DNA of 63,888 bases, counting the filler, from Octopus bimaculoides (Eukaryota), in assembly GCF_001194135.2 (NCBI RefSeq). It is 7 parts of 5 records of this genome, joined end to end, with 100 filler letters (N's around TTAATTAATTAA, not from the genome) between each part and the next. Parts side by side here need not be neighbours in the genome. Positions count along the whole stretch, not along the records: positions 1 to 29,002 come from NC_068982.1; positions 29,103 to 35,136 come from NC_068983.1; positions 35,237 to 43,098 come from NC_068983.1; 4 more parts are not named here. One strand, 5' to 3'. The notes below the pieces were generated by a model, which had not been told where the DNA came from, ran no database searches, and saw only the letters and a program-made list of their open reading frames with translations. Shown piece after piece: positions 27,022-38,735 of the stretch. How positions within the stretch are numbered: position 1 is the stretch's first letter; each line of letters opens with the position of its first letter. The translations under genes and the position numbers were made by a program.

Positions 27022-27671
27022 AAGGCACCAAGCTAGCAGTATCATGACCCCACAGGAAAAATTACTTAGCGTCATTTTGTCCGTATTTGCGTTCTGAGTT
27101 CAATTTCCACCGAGGTTGACTTTGCCTTTCATCCTCTCGGGGTCAATACGATAAGAACCAGTTGAGTACTGAGGTTGATGTAATCGACTTCTTCCTTCCA
27201 TCGAAATTGCTGGTCAGCTGCAAAAATCCGAAACCGACATCAGGCAATGTTAAGGTGGCAAGCTATCAGAATGATTACCACGCAGAAAAAGTGTATATTA
27301 GCATTTCATCCGTCTTTGCGTTCTGAGTTCAAATTTCGCCAAGGTCGACTTTATTTTAAATTCTTTCGAGGTCAATAAAATAAGTACCAGTCGAGCATTA
27401 AGGTCAATGTAATTGACTTACCCTCTCGCTCGAACTTGCTAGCCTTTTGCCAAAATTTAAGACAATGCAAGACGTTGCTATGACGGCAAGCTGGTAAAAT
27501 CGTTATAGCGCCGGAAAAAATGCTTAATACTATTTAGTCTATTTTTAGTCGACTTTGCCGTTCATCCCTCGTGTTCGATACAATAAGTACCAGTTGAACA
27601 GTGGGTCGATGTATTCGATTTCCTTACTCTACTGAAATTGCTGGTCTTGTGCCAAAATTTGAAACCAATAT
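27022..27671 (+). repeat. Three head-to-tail diverged copies of a ~210-230-bp SINE-like unit
   Basis: Units start at ~27022, 27256 and 27481. GTCGACTTTGCC.TTCATCC...GTC.ATA..ATAAG.ACCAGT.GA...GGT.GATGTA.T.GA recurs in each; GCGTTCTGAGTTCAA.TT is in the first two (deleted in the third). A more decayed copy lies at ~3455-3600. Confidence 0.8.
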
Positions 27672-28877
27672 TAGGCAATGTTATTCATATATGTAAAACG
27701 AATTTTATCATCCTGTGATGAATAACCTAACACTGGCGAAATTTCGAAATTACAGACTAAAAAATTACATAGCAAAATTTTATAAAGCAGTAACCTTGAA
27801 AGCTTGAAAACTGCTCTACGAAAATTACAGCTTTCAATAAATATGATAAAATTGTACAATAATAGATAGTGAGTGATATTTTTTCCTCTTTCTGCTTGAA
27901 AACTTCCTTGTTATGCCCAGAAGCACACACTTATTCAAGCACACACACATACACACACACACTCACAATCAAAAACACACACACACATGTACATGCATAC
28001 ATACATACATACATACATACATACACACGTACGTACATACATACATACATACATACGTACGTACGTACATACATACATACATACATACATACATACATAC
28101 ATACATACATAAATACATACAAATGAATGGAGCTGAATAAAATAAAAGGGTATGAATGAAAAAAAGAATATGTCCAACAAGGCATGAACATATATGTTTG
28201 CTTTTAATTTCAGTTCGTATGGGTGGCTTTCGACGACACTGCGTGTTGTACGAGCTGTTAATTTTCTTGTGATTTTTCCATATTTTTCACAATAATAAAG
28301 CTATACATGTCAGTTAAGGGGTAAGATACTTTAAATTCTGTCAATAACTTCAAAAGAAATAACTTACATTATTCAAATTTCTTGCATTCAGCATATATCC
28401 ACAAAATTTCTTTGCACATATACGTCGTCCCGTATATAATATATCTTTTAAAGGATTTTCCCACTGTCTTTTCAATCGAGAGTCTACTTATATTCATATG
28501 AATATGTGTAAATTCTGACTCAATTTCTATTACAATATATATGTGGGAGCGTATGTATATGTGTATCTACGTATAACTGCATAAACGTATATCAGTGTGT
28601 AACGCTGTAGTATGTGTGTATATATTCTTAGAGTGCAACTTTGTACGACATAAAGGTGTACCCTTAACTTCCATCAGAAATGTAGCAAGAGCTTCTATAC
28701 TCATATATATAAATAAATAAATAAATAAATAGGTAGGTAGATAAATAGAGAGAGATAGAGAGATAGAGATAGAGATACATCTTTGTTATCGTTTAGTTAT
28801 TTCAGGCAAGGGGCTGCTTCCCTGCTGGAGTATCAACATCAAGGCTTTATAAGCATACAAGAACACAGAACACCCCC

Positions 28878-28911
<34 letters not shown>

Positions 28912-28968
28912 AGAACATACCCCCACACATTCATATAAGTATATAAGTATATGCATGTATATATACGC

Positions 28969-29002
<34 letters not shown>

Positions 29003-29102
29003 NNNNNNNNNNNNNNNNNNNNNNNNNNNNNNNNNNNNNNNNNNNNTTAATTAATTAANNNNNNNNNNNNNNNNNNNNNNNNNNNNNNNNNNNNNNNNNN
29101 NN
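29003..29102. other. Artificial contig-joining linker (44N-TTAATTAATTAA-44N); identical linkers at 35137-35236, 43099-43198, 49107-49206, 57372-57471, 62584-62683
   Basis: Six exact 100-bp copies; the 12-mer is palindromic and gives a TAA stop in all six frames. Confidence 0.95.
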
Positions 29103-29144
29103 GAAAGAATCCCGCCGTATATATATATATATGTGCGTGTGTGT

Positions 29145-29325
29145 GTCTTGACAACCGATGTTGGTGTGTTTACGTCCCCGTAACTTTGCGGGTCGGCAAA
29201 AGTGACCGATAGAATAAGTACTAGGCTTACAAAAAATAAGTCCTGGGGTAGATTTGTTCGGCTAAAGGCGGTGCTCCAGCATGGCCGCAGTCAAATGACT
29301 GAAACAAATAACAGAATAAAAGAAT
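29145..29325 (+). mobile_element. 3' half of abundant SINE
   Basis: CTTGACAACCGATGTTGGTGTGTTTACGTCCCCG...GGCGGTGCTCCAGCATGGCCGCAGTCAAATGACTGAAAC; follows a (TG)n tract. Confidence 0.85.
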
Positions 29326-29501
29326 ACACACACACATACGCACACACATACGCGCACACACACACACACACACACATATATTTATGTACAGGTGTATATG
29401 TATATTTTCGAATGTGTGGTAGAAAGAAAGACAAACAGACAGAGAAGTGGAGTGACTAAAAGACAGAGCGTTTGTGTGCATTTTATATACATACGTATGT
29501 A

Positions 29502-29534
<33 letters not shown>

Positions 29535-31064
29535 ACGTATGTGTGTCCGTGTGTGTGTGTGTGCATATAACGTATATGCAGAAGTTTACCTTTTTAATAG
29601 AAAGAGATATCAGTCTGGTCTGAATGCTGTTGCGTATTTCTGTTTGAATGTACCGGTTTTATAAACACATCCCTCCTCCCGCCCACACGCACACACACAC
29701 ACACACGCACACACACACATACATGCATACACCACATACACACACACACAGACACACACACACACACACACACACACATGTCTGAGTCTGTATGCGTGTG
29801 TATACATGTAAAGCAAACAGTTTGACATTAATTCATGTTTTACATACTTTTGGCGAACTTTATATTAGCAATCATTGAAATAAATTAACCGGTTTCAAGA
29901 TCATTCTACAACGAATTAAATAATTAAGAATTAATTTATTCATTACTTAATTAGCAATTTAATGATTCCAACGCAAGAAACATTAATCTAAACTTAATTC
30001 AGGTTCTTATCTTTCATATGGGTGCAATTTTTACATACAACTAAGCAATTTGCTTCTTTACTACATAGCTCCAGGTTCTATCTCACTGAGCGATACTTTG
30101 AACAAAGTGTCTTTAATGATATCATAGAGTTGATAAATATCTTGTTAGTGAAATTTGGTTGTGAGAAACCGCAAGGAAGCCCACCGTATACATGCATGTA
30201 CGTATGTTTATGCACAAACGCACACACGCACGTGTGTGTATGTGTGTGTATGTGTGTATATGTGTGTGTATGTGTGTGTATGTGTGCGTATGTGTTGGGT
30301 GAAAACCAGTATTCAAACAAAAATATGCAGTGATATTTGTCAGATTTGTTACTCTCTCCTTTTCTCCTCTTACGAGAATTATCACATAAATATGAGATAA
30401 CATTGAGACTTGGCTCAATAGAATCGGCTGAAATAATGCCTCTAAAAGTTGTGTCGCAGCATCGCTGCATAAATGATGAACAAAAGAAGAATTGTATAGA
30501 AGATCGTTTATTTGCTAGAAGAGTGTGATCGAGAGAATTCCCTCGGATACAATATTTGGGCTTCTTAGAGAGTTCCAAGTATTTGCTAGCGGCAACCCAT
30601 AAGGAGTAATTTTCTCTTCCTCTCTTTCCAACTAAACAATGGGAGCTTAGGAATCATAAAGCCAAATAATAATCATAATCAATCTTTTGAATTATACCAA
30701 AATCCGTGTAATTCTGTTCGCACTCATTTTTTACTTCACACAAAACATATTTTTTTATTTTCTGAAACAAAATCCTTAATCTCATATATTTTATTTATCA
30801 TTAACCATGTATATTTTTATCCTGGTCATACCACACAAGTGGTCCCTGTGCTTACACGGATTTCCTCTTAGTCTTATTCACAATCTTATTTAATCTAAAC
30901 TTCAGTCACCTTCAGTCACCTTCAGTCATTTATCTGCTATCTCTACCACTCCAAAGTTCACCAACCTCCAAAAATTGTTCGACTATCTCTTGTCTTGCAT
31001 TGAAGAAATCTATTTCAATTCAGCTTTCAATAAAGTTATTATCCATCTTCTCCGCCCACTATTC

Positions 31065-31465
31065 CTGGGAGTGTCGTGAGCTTCCTTAGGCACCTGAAAC
31101 AACTGCCATTACACTTTCCAGTTGGATTCCCAAGTGTGACCAACTAAGACTATGGATATTATCCAATCATCACGTTCTGGGTTTATCACTAAGTCCCCTG
31201 TCTGTTTGATCGGCTTGAAGAATCCGTCTTGCGATTCTTTCCTCTACCATTCTAATCACATGTCTGTAGTATCGAAGCTGTGACCTCTCAATACGGAGAA
31301 GTAGCAGCTTGATCTAGAGAGACTCCTCATCTCTAAGTTACGCACCCTGTTGGGTAATGTTACTTCATAGATCTTTCGGACGAACCTCATTTCGGCCGCT
31401 AGTGTTCAGGATCGTACTCTTTTGTTCATTACCCAAATATTCATGACCAGGAGGTTATCATACTC
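31065..31465 (-). mobile_element. RTE-clade LINE 3' fragment
   Basis: Minus strand ...LLLRIERSQLRYYRHVIRMVEERIARRIL... matches the RTE C-terminal QLRWxGHVxRM motif; degenerate. Confidence 0.7.
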
Positions 31466-31488
31466 AGTGACTTATATTAATAAATGTA

Positions 31489-32383
31489 CAAGATGCGTTC
31501 AAAAAGTACGCAACTTTATTTTTCCGATCTAAACAAATGCCGTGGGGGCAAAATCCTTTGGGTGAGAGGTGAAGCCACCCTTCCTGTACATGCGTAAAAA
31601 GTTTTGCGCTGGTAGGCCGTATCAGTCCCTGGCCTAGAGTACGGACGTGTAGTGTGCTCTCCTTGGATTTTCGTTTTCACTGAACTCATCAAGCAAATAC
31701 ATTGCCTAAGGTTTTGGCAAAAGCTTGGGTGATACTCAAGCTCAAGCCATCCAGAATACTCAGAAGGCCTTTGGTGATGGTGCCATGGACAAAACACAGA
31801 TCAACTGCTTCAAATATGTCCACACCTCTATGGAAAAGAAAGTAGGCCATCCACAAACCGAAACGAGGAGCTAATTGAGAAAGTATGGCGAATAGTCATA
31901 GAAGACTGTCATGTGACAACCCAGGAAATTTCTCACGAAGTGGGAATAAGAACACGATCAGTGCATTCCATTTTAATGGAGGAATTGTCTATGCGGTGAG
32001 TATCGGAGAATTCGTCCCCATGGTGTTGGCGGGGCAACAAAAGCAACTCAACATGAAAATCACTCAGGACGCGCTGGGCTTTGAAAACCATGAACTAGAC
32101 TTTATGAAGAACATCATCACTGGTGATGAGACATGGATTTGTAATCTCAGCTCGATGTGTTCCCACATCTTGCATGAAAACGAAAATGCGACAAGCACGC
32201 ACTACACGTCTGTACTCTAGACGTAACAATCGGTAACTGACGCAGCTTAACGGCGCGAAAATTTTTACGCATGCGCAAGAAAAAAGGCGTCACCTTCCAC
32301 CCAAAGGATTTTGCCCACGCGGTATTTGTCTTGGCGAGGAAAAAAATCAAAAATAAAGTCGGATACTTTCTGAACGCATTTCG
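31489..32383 (+). mobile_element. Non-autonomous mariner derivative with ~190-bp imperfect TIRs
   Basis: TA-flanked ends CAAGATGCGTTCAAAAAGTAC / GTCGGATACTTTCTGAACGCATTTCG. Internal remnants KAFGDGAMDKTQI, SRPSTNRNEELIEKV and FMKNIITGDETWI (HTH region and first catalytic Asp); the rest of the catalytic domain is absent. Confidence 0.85.
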
Positions 32384-32473
32384 TATCCCTTTACACAAAC
32401 ACAGCTGAATTTTCTGACATTCTGAATTGTCTGCACTATTTAAAATCACCCGATATACTATAAACAGTGGAGG

Positions 32474-32516
<43 letters not shown>

Positions 32517-32726
32517 TACATACATCATATAAAATTGAGGTATATATTAAAAAAATGAGATCCATTTCCAGTTATGGTACTCAAAGAAAATATTTTCTTT
32601 ACTATTTGTGTTATACATAAAAACTAATTTATTTGTTACCTGTATTATCTTCAATCTCTAATCATTCGGCCATCTAAAAATTGTGTAGACGCTTTGCCTG
32701 TTGTCCTCCTACTAGANNNNNNNNNN

Positions 32727-32772
<46 letters not shown>

Positions 32773-33686
32773 GCGTGTGCGTGTGCGTGCGTGTGTGCGT
32801 GCGTGTGTGCGTACGTGCGTGCGTACGTACGTGCGTGTGTGCATGCGTATGTGTGTGTAAAAAGAAGTGAAAGTGCCTGAAACAACAGTCTTTAAAATAT
32901 TTAACCAGTTCTAACTTAAGAAATCTAAATATGTTGCAGTAGTATAAAAATACATGCGTATACTTATGGGTTAACTTATAGTTGTTTCACATTGAAATTT
33001 GAATAATTTTATTCTTTCATTGCCAGCCTGATTAACATTAATCCGGTGAATTTCTGACAACTGATTTCTTTAGTACTGCAATAAGCACTGAATTTGTTAG
33101 AGACTTGCATGGCTTCATTCATTATATGAATGTGTAATAAGAGACATACTTGCCACAGAAAGCTGTTATGGTTTAACATTCATTTATGTTTTACGTCTGA
33201 AGTTTGACCTGAAATATTTCATTATCAAGCAGACGACCTGATAATTATTAAACGTTTTCTTAAGTCAATTGCCATCTAAGCGGAGAAATAGCGGCCTTGA
33301 AAAAGTGGTATACGAAGTTGAACGAAAGCTTAATGTCTTAACTTCCTGCGAAGTTAAACAGTTACAGATGGTCCAGTGGTTGAGTGGTTGAAATGCAAGA
33401 CGAACTGTCGGCAGTTCGCACCACACCGTATTTTTATTTCCAAGAAACTGTATATCGTTTGTAAGTGGCAGGCAGATGAGATTCAGTATACTGACTTCAC
33501 CAAGATATTACAACAAAGTCTTCTGTACTTTCATGGTATAGCAACGACCTAATAGATTTAGGACTCGCCGCTTTTTGGTCGATAAAAGCCGATGCGTGAA
33601 TGTTTACGGGGTCGCTCTAACTGTTAATAATAGAAGTGAATTCTGTTTCAAATCACAGCCCTTAACACCTTCAAAAAGGCAAGATG

Positions 33687-33906
33687 CACGAGGGAGTGCT
33701 GAAAACTTCTTGACTTTGGTTAAAGGAAAGTTGAGGGGGATCAGTTAATTATGATTTTTTTTTAACATATTCCCTTTTCAGATTCACACACTTGTTGCAG
33801 CGATCCCTCAGTCTTTCTAAGCCCTATAAAAGAATTTGGAAGGTTGGGCCTCCAACCAGGCCTTTCGCGACACCCTTAAAGCCAGGAACTTTTCAGCGCC
33901 CCTTTA
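33687..33906. mobile_element. mariner-type MITE (~220 bp)
   Basis: Inverted ends CACGAGGGAGTGCTGAAAACTTCTTGACTTT / TAAAGCCAGGAACTTTTCAGCGCCCCTTTA. Confidence 0.7.
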
Positions 33907-34147
33907 TATATTAGTTATTATTGCTAGATACACTATGCTGACAAAACGACTAAGTTGGCCAAAGCTGCAAAGATTTTATAATAAATTTGACCTTTCTTTG
34001 AACAGCTATAATAAAAACCACCACTACTATCACCAGCACCACTATCATAAGCATGGCTGCCCCACCGGCAGCAGCATCATAAAGACACTGAGACGAATCA
34101 ATATATTTTCCCCATTTCTACTTCAATGTTCTGAAGATCTCGCAAAA

Positions 34148-34183
<36 letters not shown>

Positions 34184-35136
34184 CTTATATCGAATAGCAT
34201 GAAATACTGGAGAACGGAATTGTCAGCAGGGAAGCAAGTACTAGGAGAAGTGAAAATCAAGAGAGGAATCTTCCAAGGGGACAGTGTGTCCCCACTGATG
34301 TTCGTGCTGAGAATGATCCCCTTGAGTGAAATACTACAGAAAACAAAGTTGGGGTATGATCTGGGAAGAGGTAAGGGAAAACTAAACCACTTGCTATTCA
34401 TAGACGACCTGAAGCTATTCACAAAACTGAGTCAGAACTGGACAGCCTAGTCCAGTCTGTGCGAATTTTCTCCTGTGATATTGAGATGGAGTTTGGATTC
34501 TCAAAATGTGCTACGATGATGATGAAACGAGGAAAGCTTGTCAGGACAGAAGGCATATGGTTGCCAAGTGATGAAATGATGAAGGCAATTCAACCTCAAT
34601 CTAGCTATAAATACCTGGGAATACTTGAGGCAGATGGAATCAAACGCCAAGACATGAAGGAAAAGACAAAAAGAGAGTACCGGCGGCGAGTGAGAAAAAT
34701 ATTGGCTTCAAAGCTGAATGCCAGAAACAATTTCGGCAATAAACTCGCGTGCAGTCGCAGTAGATCGGTATAGCGCTGACATCCTGAAGTGGACAGAGGA
34801 GGAGCTAAAGGAGATGGACAGGAAGTCAAGAAAGCTCCTAATGATGGATGGAGCCGCCCATCATCTACATGCAGACACTTATCACTTATGCATGAAGACA
34901 GCAAATAGAGGAAGGGGGCTGATAAGTGTAGAAGACTGCGTGCGTATCGAACTCGAGAGCTTAATGAGATACCTATCCCAAAGTAAGGAAACCTTGCTTG
35001 TGACAGTTGAGAATGAGGGAATATTGAGAGCAGAGTAAAAAGGGAAAACAAAGGAAGAAGTACAAAAAAGGACAAGAGGGAACTACACAATCAATTCCAT
35101 GTAGCCACAACAGAAGTTGCTGGAAAAAATAGGTGG
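34184..35136 (+). mobile_element. R4/Dong-clade RT fragment, 5'-truncated at a (TAA)n tract, 3' cut by the linker
   Basis: RGIFQGDSVSPLMF, KLNHLLFIDDLKLF, DIEMEFGFSKCA, SYKYLGILE, KLNA..ISAINSRAVAV, RGRGLISVED; two frameshifts. Confidence 0.9.
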
Positions 35137-35236
35137 NNNNNNNNNNNNNNNNNNNNNNNNNNNNNNNNNNNNNNNNNNNNTTAATTAATTAANNNNNNNN
35201 NNNNNNNNNNNNNNNNNNNNNNNNNNNNNNNNNNNN

Positions 35237-35341
35237 GCAACATATTTACCGAAAGCGAGGAGATGCAACTTTCAAAAATTAATCTCCTTAGCAGATTAAT
35301 TTTTGAAAGCTGCATTTCCTCGCTTTCGGTAAATATGTTGC
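35237..35341. other. 105-nt near-perfect inverted repeat (49-bp arms, 7-nt loop)
   Basis: Arms are reverse complements at 47 of 49 positions; loop CCTTAGC; begins at the first base of the segment. Confidence 0.9.
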
Positions 35342-35612
35342 TTATTTTTTGGTAGTTTTTGACTTTTTTAGTCCCTCTAAGCGTGAGGCATTTCTATATA
35401 GTTAATGCCCTTATATAAATGATATATTTATGGGAAAAAAACGATGAGTTTTTTTTTCCTTATGGGGTTTTTTCACGCTGACTACTTGATAAATTCTTAT
35501 AAAGATTTTATCCGATATTATATTATATATATTTATATATATATATATATATATATAAGATACAAGTTAGAATAATGGTCATTACACATAATTCCTTTAT
35601 TATAGCAAATTT

Positions 35613-35724
35613 AGCTTTCAGCTGTTTCCAGTAGTCATTAGAGATAGGTTTACTCAATTGGTCTATTGATCAACTGAAGTAAATTGAAAGACCTGAGAAA
35701 ATTAATGATACCTTCATCAGAGCC
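35613..35724 (-). ncRNA. Hammerhead-like motif, family B (long helix II insert, palindromic helix III CAGCTG)
   Basis: Minus strand: GGCT-CTGATGA-AGGTATCATTA...TAATGACTACTG-GAAA-CAGCTG-AA-AGCT; cleavage-site UH replaced by AA; homologous to 43997-44119. Confidence 0.5.
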
Positions 35725-35929
35725 ATTGCTGGAACTAACAAACAGAGCATTTGAAATGCCTATTGTATGGGATTTTTAAGTAGAAAAGGTAAAGGCAGGT
35801 TGCAATATAATGACAACAAAAATCATAATATACATAAACTGAATAATGCAGGTAGGATTAAGAGAAAGATACAGCACAAAAAGATAAATAGGGAAAAGAA
35901 ACTTACAGAAAGTTTATGGTCTAAATAGA

Positions 35930-36470
35930 TACAAATATCCTTAGGAAATTTTTTGCTGCCTTAGATAAGTACTTCCCCACCTTGAACGGGTATAGGAAAT
36001 TGTTTAACAGACACTCTGTAAAATTTGCCTCCTCCACAACTAGAAACCTTGCACAAATCATAGCATCTCACAACACCCATAGATTAAAGGAATTAGAAAA
36101 CTCAAAATCGATAGAACTAGACAGGAATAGAATAGGTGATAAAAAGAAAAACAGCAAGGCCAGGATTAAGACTAATAGGAAGGACAAGATCAATAAAAAT
36201 GGCACTGGAAAAAATAAAAATGGTACTGGAAACAAGAACAGTGGTAGTGGGGTAATGGTAATGACAAGAGTAGTAATAATATGAATAATGACAGTAATGA
36301 CAAAGGTAATAATGACAACTGTGGGAATAACTCTAAAAGTAGCAATAATAGGAAGGAAAGTGCCAGTTGTAAATGTAGGGAATGTGTGATAAATAAATCT
36401 TGCTTAGAAAGGAACATGGTATATCTATGTGCAGTAATTACTCAGAACACAACTTATGAATAGATAGGAT
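35930..36470 (+). mobile_element. Penelope-like element fragment: RT C-terminus, long linker, start of GIY-YIG
   Basis: TNILRKFFAALDKYFP...LFNRHSVKFASS..NLAQIIASHN (PLE thumb/linker), then CKCRECVINKSCLERNMVYLC...YE*IG (GIY-YIG start); ends where the RTE copy begins. Confidence 0.75.
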
Positions 36471-36499
36471 GTTGCACCACAATGTTTTAGCTCCAATAT

Positions 36500-38735
36500 T
36501 GGGTGTTTACACTCTGTTGTGTATGCACACTGACATTACACATCCAGCGGATCATACTAGCTTCCTTTCTTTCAAGTCCACGCATGTACTCAGCATTCAT
36601 GGCCCATGTTTCACTGCCGCATAGCATGGCAGTTCACACACATGCATCATACAGTCTACTTTTCACCTTGAGTGAGAGGCCCTTAGTTGCCAGCAGAGGT
36701 AGGAGCTCCCTGAACTTTAACCCAGGCTATTCTTATTCTAGCCACTACACTCTCAGAGCAGCCACCCTGACCACAGACTTGGTCGCCTAGGTAGTGGAAG
36801 CTATTAACTACTTCTAGTTTCTCCCCCTGGCATGTGATAGAATCTGTTTTCTGTACATCTTCAGTGTTTATTACTCCTGTGCATTTGCCACACACAAAAA
36901 CTATTTTCCCGGATAAACTTCCTTTGATATTGCTGCACCTCTTATGTGTTCATAGCTTACTCCGGTTACATCATGTGAAGTCTCTACCCACATGTTTTCT
37001 ACAGATCGAATAGGGCCATCTACTTGAAGGGGATTGTAATTTGACAGCCTTCTTACTTACTAAGACTTTAGTTTTTGCTAGGTTAACCCTAAGGTCCTTC
37101 AATTCTAGACCTTGCTTCCACACCCTAAACTTCGTCCTTAGTTCTGGCTGTGACTCAACTATTAGTGCTAAGTCATCAATATAGAGGAGCTCCCAAGGGC
37201 AGCCTGTCTTGAATTCCTCTGTTATTGCCTTGAGGACTATAATGAATAAGAGGGGGTTGAGGACTGATCCTTGATGAACCCCTACCTCTACTTGGAATTC
37301 TTCACCATACTCATTGCCAAACCCTCACCTTACTGACAGCATCCCTGTACAGGGCTTGTACAACTCTTACCAACCACTCGTCTATCCCCAGTTTCCACAT
37401 TGACCACCAGATAAGGGATCAGGGGACCCTGTCAAAGGCTTTCTCCAAGTCAACAAAAGCTAAGTACAGGGGTTTAACTTTGGCTAGGTATTTCTCCTGC
37501 AGTTGCCTTACCAGAAATATAGCATCAGTGGTGCTTCTGCCTGGCACAAAACCAAACTGCATCTCATCTCAGCTTACTCTCTCCCTAATTAGTTGGGCTA
37601 TGACCCTCTCTGTAACTTTCATCACCTGATCCAACAATTTGATACCTCTGTAATTATTCCCAACTAATGCATCACCTTTCCCCTTGTAGCAGTTGACTAT
37701 GGTGCTGTTACACCAGTCATTGGGTATGACTCCTTCATGAACTATCTGATTTACAATGCAGGTGACCAGACCATATTTACAATGCAGGTAACCAGACCAC
37801 ACTGCCTGATATTTTAAGCATCTCAGCAGTCATTCCTGATGGGCCAGGTGCTTTCTCTGTCTTCATATCCTTAATTGCTTTATCTACCTGGGTACTGTTG
37901 ATTCGGATAGCTGGTCCCTCAATTGGGTCAACCTTTGGCAAACTCTCCTCCTCCCATTCATTCTCTACATTCAGCAGTCTTTCATAATGACTTCTCCAAG
38001 TCTCTTTCTTTGCAGAATCATTAAACGCAAGAGCACCATCATCCAAGTGGACACATTTCTCTTCTATGACATTAAAGTTTTTTCTCACACACTGTCTTGC
38101 AATCTGAAATACTCCAGTTCTTTGGTCCTTACGTTACTGAACATTGGCAAACTTCTTCTTTTCTGCTACTCCCTTGGCTATATATACCTGTCTCCTAGCT
38201 TCCCTTTTGGTTATCTGATACATTCTCCTGCTACTCCCACTCTTTCAGGCCTCCCAGGCCTGTTCCCTTGCTCTAATGGCCCTGTCTACAGTATTGTACC
38301 ACCACCATGTTATCCTAGGTTTGGCAGGGACTTTGCACCAACTACAGATTTGGTCTGTGGCCCTCAGCAAGCTGTCTTGCAGAAATTCCCAGTTGCCTTC
38401 TATGTTACAGGACATAGAAGGCAGCTGGTTAGCAGAGTCACCTGATTGATAGGTTATCAGGGGGCTAACTGGCTTGCTGAAGTTGGTGTTGCATCACAGA
38501 ACTCCAGGAGCCTAGTTCCCCCTTCATTTCTGGTACCAACTCCATGGCGCCCATGTACACCATGGCGCCCATGTACACCATGGCGCCCATGTACACCATG
38601 GAAAATACTAGATTGCTGAGCGACATACCTATTAAAATCTTCAGCCACAAAAATGAGATCATTGTCACTCATCTTTGAGGTAGCCTGAAGAAGAATATCA
38701 TAAAAGTGATCCTTCTGTTCATTTGGTAGGCCCAC
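36500..38735 (-). mobile_element. RTE-clade LINE fossil (APE + RT with embedded PHD-like finger)
   Basis: EDFN..GVGTRNEGGTRLLEF (APE), KAPGPSG, NYRGIKLL, QFGFVPGRSTTDAIF, DLEKAFDRVP, VGVHQGSVLNPLLF, LLYIDDL, FHYLGD, MLCGSETW; several stops and frameshifts. Confidence 0.92.

Noticed and set aside
30078-30600. ORFs on both strands (166 aa minus, 63 aa plus) as a host exon
   Set aside because: Part of the length is microsatellite; there is no recognisable domain or convincing splice pair.
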